NCBI GenBank assembly: GCA_002269645.1
Contig: NIVC01000006.1
Span: 682,001-746,000, forward strand
Reading direction: 5' to 3'
Origin: Macrostomum lignano
Taxonomy: Eukaryota
DNA length: 64,000 nt
Made by a program: the position numbers and the translations under genes. Positions 59,206 to 64,000 of this stretch are shown here, one piece after another; position 1 is the first letter of the stretch, and the number at the start of each line of letters is the position of its first letter. A model generated the notes under the pieces. That model ran no database searches. It was not told the DNA's origin and saw only the letters and a program-made list of their open reading frames with translations.

Positions 59206-62200
59206 CAGCTCCGCCAATCTTTCCCAGCGATCAGTGGGAGCACACTCAGGTGTCAGAAGCAGCAGCGCACAGTCAGTACTCACCAGCTTGTCAGCCCAGG
59301 ACTCCGGGCAGACTTTGAGCCCGATTCCGCCAGGGGCCACGGGTGTCCTGCTCAGCTCGATGATGTTGAGCACTCGCATATCCGGCCGGGTCTGCGCGTA
59401 CTGCACGAACCAGGCGTGCAGGTGGCTGAGCACGTTGCAGCTGCCGTCGAATACGTATCTGGCCTCCTCGGACAGGCAGAGCTGGCGGAGCGGCCGCCAG
59501 TAAATTCTGCTCACGTTCACCGCCTGCGGGTGGCGGATGGACCGGGGCGAGTGTGAAAGGGGAATCCCAAAAATGGCAAATATATCATTTCAAACTGAAG
59601 AAAATTTCATACCTAGCGGAAAGGAGAATGTCAAAAGCTAATAAAAAGGGATTCTAAAACTCACGGAAAGGGGGAATCCTCAACCTGCTAAAAGGGTTAT
59701 CCACAAACTCGCGGTAAGGATGGAAAGAGTAAAATCCATCCCCAAAAGGAAAAAGAGGAATCTTAATCTGCTGGAAATGAAAATTCTAAACCTTGCAGGA
59801 AAGGGTATCATAAATTTTACGAGAATAGAATCCTTAGTCACAGAAAAAGGAATCCCAAACTCACGGAAAGGGGAATCCCAAGATCACGGGAAAAGGGAAT
59901 CCCAAGCTTACGGAAAGGGGAATCCAAAGCTCACGGAAACGGGAATCTTAAGATCACGGAAAGGGGAATCCCAAACTCACGGATAGGGGAATCCCAAGCT
60001 TACGGAAGGGAGAATCCCAAGATCACGGAAAGGTGAATCCAAAGCTCACGGAAAAAGGGAATCCCAAGCTCACGGAAAGGGGAATCCTAAGATCACGGAA
60101 AGGGGAATCCTAAACACACGGAAAGGGGAATCCTGAGATCACGGAAAGGGGAATCCTAAACTCACGGAAAGGGGAATCCTAAACCTATGAAAAGGAAATC
60201 CCAAACTCAAGTAAATGAGAATTAACAAACAAACAAGAGTATTAAAGCTAACATACCTAACATAACATAACAAACAAGGTATATCGCAGAATAATTTTCT
60301 CACCTTGCTGCGCCCCAGATGCGGCACTGCAATGAACACAACGCCGCGAATGCTAGCCAGCAATCTCTTTCTAAGCCGATCTTCGCTCGAATTCAACACC
60401 TGCATCATCTGCTTGACGATGAGGCCGCCGAATGAGTGACAGACGAAGGCGGTCATGCGGTTGCCGACCCCGGCCGCCAGCAGCTGGTTGGCGGCTTCAT
60501 TGGCTCGGCGGGGCAGAAGGCCGGACGAGTCGCCGGTCTGGCGGCAGCCGCGCCACTTCATGGCGGCGATTTTCATGTTCAGCGCTGCGGGTGTTCGGGC
60601 AGGATTAGCGTTATTGCTTGAGACCAGGACTTAATAAGGGCTACTCAATGTATCTATATTAGGCCCTCCAATCAATCAGTAAATCAATCGAAACATGGGT
60701 GTCAAGCAAAGTAATAAATCAACTAAAGGTGTTAAACCAATAAACCAATCAATCAATCACAGATGTCAAACTAATCAATCAAACAAAGGTGTCAAACCAA
60801 GAAATCAATCAAACACAGGTGTCAAACCAATTAATCAATTAGAAGTGTAAAACAAATCAACCAAACACAGGTGTCAAACCAATCAATCAATCAAACACAG
60901 GTGTCAAACCAATCAATCAATCAATCAAACAAAGGTGTCCAACAAATCATTCAAATAATTGTCACATGAATCAATCAAACACAGGTGCCAAACCAATCAA
61001 TTTAGAGCACAGCTGCCCTACCCAGCACCCGAGCTCTGGGCATGTCCTCGGCCAGCCAATCTCTCGGCCAACATTCCGTCACTTGAGGCGCGTCATTCTC
61101 GCTATTAGAATCGGACTTAACCGCGGCTGTCCGCCCAGCCTCCGAAGCCGATGAAGCCGGACAGTCGCCCTGTTTCCACGTGTAGAACACGCTGCCCAGC
61201 ATGCCATTAATAAAGACTACATCGATACAGGGAGTGGCCAGAAACGGCTTAGCCAACTCGTACACGTCCGGCTGGTAGATGCAATGCGGCCGGTAGGAAC
61301 TGTCAGTTGCCAGGGCGTTCAGCAGGGCGTAGGTGGACAGATTCGCACAGATCTTCCTGCCGCACAGGCCCAGCGCCAGACAGGAGCTCTCTGACCAGCC
61401 ATCAACGAGATTGCACACGAAGCTGTCACTGGAGAACATGGAATAGGCGGCCCGGTGGCAGCTCAGGTTGGCCAAAGTTTTGGCTAAAATAATTTCGCAA
61501 GCCGGCGGCATGTCATAAAAATTCGCGCAGATCGCCAGCGGCAGCAGGCGGCAGAAAACTTCGTCAGAAACCAGGCGGATGGCCGAATCCAGGCACCTGC
61601 GGGTGGGAGTTTATATCAATTCTAACACTAGTATAAGCGGCGCACGGCTGCCAATGCATGTAAGAATCGCCCCTGATCCACCCAGTAAGAATCGCCCCTG
61701 ATCCACCCAGTAAGAATCGCCCCTGATCCACCCAGTAAGAATCGCCCCCTGATCCACCCAGTAAGAATCGCCCCTGATCCACCCAGTAAGAATCGCCCCT
61801 GATCCACCCAGTAAGAATCGCCCCTGATCCACCCAGTAAGAATCGCCCCTGATCCATACAATAAGAATCGCCCCTAATCCACCCCTAACACCCCTGACTG
61901 CCGCAACGAACCTAGTCGCGGACTGCAGCCGTTTGAGCAGCTTGAGCATGAGTAGCATACACCGGCGTCGCTTCTGCAACACCTGACGCTCCGTCATTGG
62001 CCTGAAGCCGGGCAACATTCCGCCGCCGCCGCCGCCACCGCCAACGCCGGGGATGCTCAGCGCCGACAGCCGGCTGGCGGTGAACCTCGGCAAAACCTCC
62101 GGCTGAGGAGGCGACTCGCCTGGAGCCAAGCTGAGCAGCAGTTCCACACGGTTGTGCAGCCACTCCAAGCTGCTGGCCAGGACGGCCTCGGAGTCTTCAT

Positions 62201-63891
62201 CTCTGAGGTTGATGCGGACTGTCTGCACGCTGACCTGCGACCTGCGGCGGCTGAGGATGGGGAGGCAGGGACAAGTTTTCAATTGCGATTCCAATTGGCG
62301 ATTTTTCAATGGCGATTCCAATTGGCGATTTTTCGATGGCGATTTCTTAAGGGCGATTCCAATTGGCGATTTTTCGATGGCGATTTCTTAAGGGCGATTC
62401 TCATTGGCGATTTTTCGATGGTGATTTCTCAAGGGCGATTCTCATTAGCGATTTTTTGGTGGTGATTTCTTAAGGGCGATTCTCATTAGCGATTTTTTGG
62501 TGGTGATTTCTTAAGGGCGATTCTCATTAGCGATTTTTTGGTGGTGATTTCTTAAGGGCGATTCTCATTAGCGATTTTTTGGTGGTGATTTCTTAAGGGC
62601 GATTCTCATTAGCGATTTTTTGGTGGTGATTTCTTAAGGGCGATTCTCATTGGCGATTCTCATTGGCGATTTTTCGATGGTGATTTCTCAACGGCGATTT
62701 TCATTAGCGATTTTTGGTGGTGATTTCTTAAAGGCGATTCTCATTGGCGATTTTTCAATAGCGATTCTCATTGGCGATTTTTAGATGGTGATTTCTTAAG
62801 GGCGATTCTCATTGGCGATTTCTCGATGGCCATTTCTTAAGGGCGATTCTCATTGGCGATTTTTCGATGGTGATTTCTAATGGGCGATTCTCATTAGCGA
62901 TTTTTGGTGATGATTTCTTAAAGGCGATTCTCATTGGCGATTTTTAGATGGCGATTTCTTAAGGGCGATTCTCATTGGCGATTTTTCGATAGCGATTCTC
63001 ATTGGCGATTTTTCGATGGTGATTTCTCATGGGGGATTCCCATTAGCGATTTTTGGTGGTGATTTCTTAAAGGCGATTCTCATTGGCGATTTTTCAATAG
63101 CGATTCTCATTGGCGATTTTTAGATGGTGATTTCTTAAGGGCGATTCTCATTGGCGATTTCTCGATGGTGATTTCTAATGGGCGATTCTCATTAGCGATT
63201 TTTTGGTGGTGATTTCTTAAAGGCGATCCTTATTGGCGATTTTTCGATAGCGATTCTCATTGGCGATTTTTAGATGGCGACTTCTTAAGGGCGATTCTCA
63301 TTGGCGATTTTTCGATGGTGATTTCTCAACGGCGATTTTCATTAGCGATTTTTGGTGGTGATTTCTTAAAGGCGATTCTCATTGGCGATTTTTCAATAGC
63401 GATTCTCATTGGCGCTTTTTAGATGGTGATTTCTTAAGGGTGATTCTCATTGGCGATTTTTTGATAGCGATTTCTCGATGGCGATTTCTTAAGGGCGATT
63501 CTCATTGGCGATTTTTCGATGGCGATTTCTTAAGGGCGAGTCTCATTAACGATTTTTCAAGGGCGATTTTTAAATGGCGATTCTCATTTGCAATTTTTCA
63601 AGCGCGATTTTTAGGGAAATTTTTCCAAGGCGATTCCGAGGCAGTTTTAAGCAGACCCAGGTTAAACACGAGTGATGCTGTAGTACTAGCTAAAAACGCA
63701 TCTAGGCTTGATTAAAAGCAGTCTAATCTCTCACCTTGTACTGCTGCATAGTCCGCAAGCCCCTGACATTTGCGGCGGCAGTCGACAAGCCGACAACGGG
63801 CCTAGGACGGCTGCAATTGTAAGTGAAGGTAATCATCTTGACAACATGCACACTGCAGAGCGGCTCTGGGATTGCAACGGAGATTGTTGAA
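54486..63891 (-). CDS. SERAC1: Protein SERAC1 homolog (alpha/beta-hydrolase lipase domain; 5' part probably extends past the last exon found or off the window)
   Basis: Exons 63891-63735 (tentative), 62234-61912, 61596-61022, 60584-60304, 59523-59284, 54908-54486, with compatible phases. Motifs IDVVFINGMLGSVFYTWKQ, CWPRDWLAEDMP, LLAAGVGNR...VCHSFGGLIVKQM, IRGVVFIAVPHLG, DHIQICKP match SERAC1. Confidence 0.88.
54935..56345. repeat. 20-21-bp minisatellite CAGGTGGGTAAT(GCA/ATT)GGCTT(T), SERAC1 last intron
   Basis: Directly visible. Confidence 0.95.
57147..58102 (+). CDS. EGF paralog 4 (178 aa), nested antisense in the last SERAC1 intron
   Basis: Exons 57147-57219, 57307-57561, 57894-58102 total 537 nt, phase-1 introns; intact 2xEGF and TM (AAIVVCAVIAAAAVVIVILIV). 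Confidence 0.87.
57590..57750. repeat. (CTGT)n microsatellite, intron 2 of EGF paralog 4
   Basis: Directly visible. Confidence 0.95.
58410..59205. repeat. Degenerate (CTGT/CTGC/CTAT)n tract (58410-58920) and opposite-orientation (GACA)n tract (59075-59205)
   Basis: Directly visible; together they form an imperfect inverted repeat. Confidence 0.93.
59840..60205. repeat. 23-bp repeat CACGGAAAGGGGAATCCCAAACT (SERAC1 intron)
   Basis: About 15 units visible. Confidence 0.9.
60660..60995. repeat. ~26-bp repeat AATCAATCAAACACAGGTGTCAAACC (SERAC1 intron)
   Basis: Degenerate units visible. Confidence 0.8.
61662..61885. repeat. 25-bp repeat AGTAAGAATCGCCCCTGATCCACCC (SERAC1 intron)
   Basis: About 9 units visible. 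Confidence 0.92.
62272..63625. repeat. ~41-bp minisatellite built from three G(C/T)GATT-initiated sub-repeats (SERAC1 intron)
   Basis: Unit GGCGATTCTCATTAGCGATTTTTTGGTGGTGATTTCTTAAG; sub-repeats are dropped or added in variants. Confidence 0.92.
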
Positions 63892-63945
63892 CTTTGTACG
63901 CAATAAATTGTAGTTTAATTGATGCTAGATATGGTGGATTGCCTC

Positions 63946-64000
63946 AGGTGGTAGATGGTCGAAGGTGGTAGATGGTCGAAGGTGGTAGATGGTCCCAGGT
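63946..64000. repeat. 17-bp repeat AGGTGGTAGATGGTCGA, truncated by the window end
   Basis: Three units visible. Confidence 0.8.

Overview
Eukaryotic (spliceosomal-intron, GT-AG) genomic DNA, very rich in minisatellites, (CTGT)n microsatellites and small transposons. The style fits an invertebrate such as a free-living flatworm (Macrostomum-like), but that is inference only. No CRISPR array, rRNA or bona fide tRNA was found. Main finding (1-12210): two divergently oriented paralogous genes with an unusual multidomain architecture. The plus-strand gene splices by hand into one 1356-aa ORF (8 exons, all junctions in frame): pseudokinase - probably active kinase - pseudo-caspase - ankyrin repeats - poly-Gly linker - second pseudo-caspase. 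The minus-strand paralog has pseudokinase - pseudo-caspase - ankyrin repeats - poly-Gly - the start of a second caspase domain, then runs off the left edge. All three caspase domains whose active site is in view lack the catalytic Cys. Also present: a complete CNOT11 gene; low-complexity orphan exons carrying PP1-docking-like RVxF and SILK motifs; a single-ORF orphan; a 4-TM orphan; four tandem paralogs of a small type-I membrane 2xEGF protein (one frameshifted, one with a Cys-rich tail, one nested antisense in a SERAC1 intron); most of SERAC1; several 8-bp-TSD MITEs (two inside one tRNA/CORE-like SINE); a non-LTR retrotransposon remnant; and about 20 tandem-repeat arrays. Most long ORFs in the supplied track are artefacts of these repeats.
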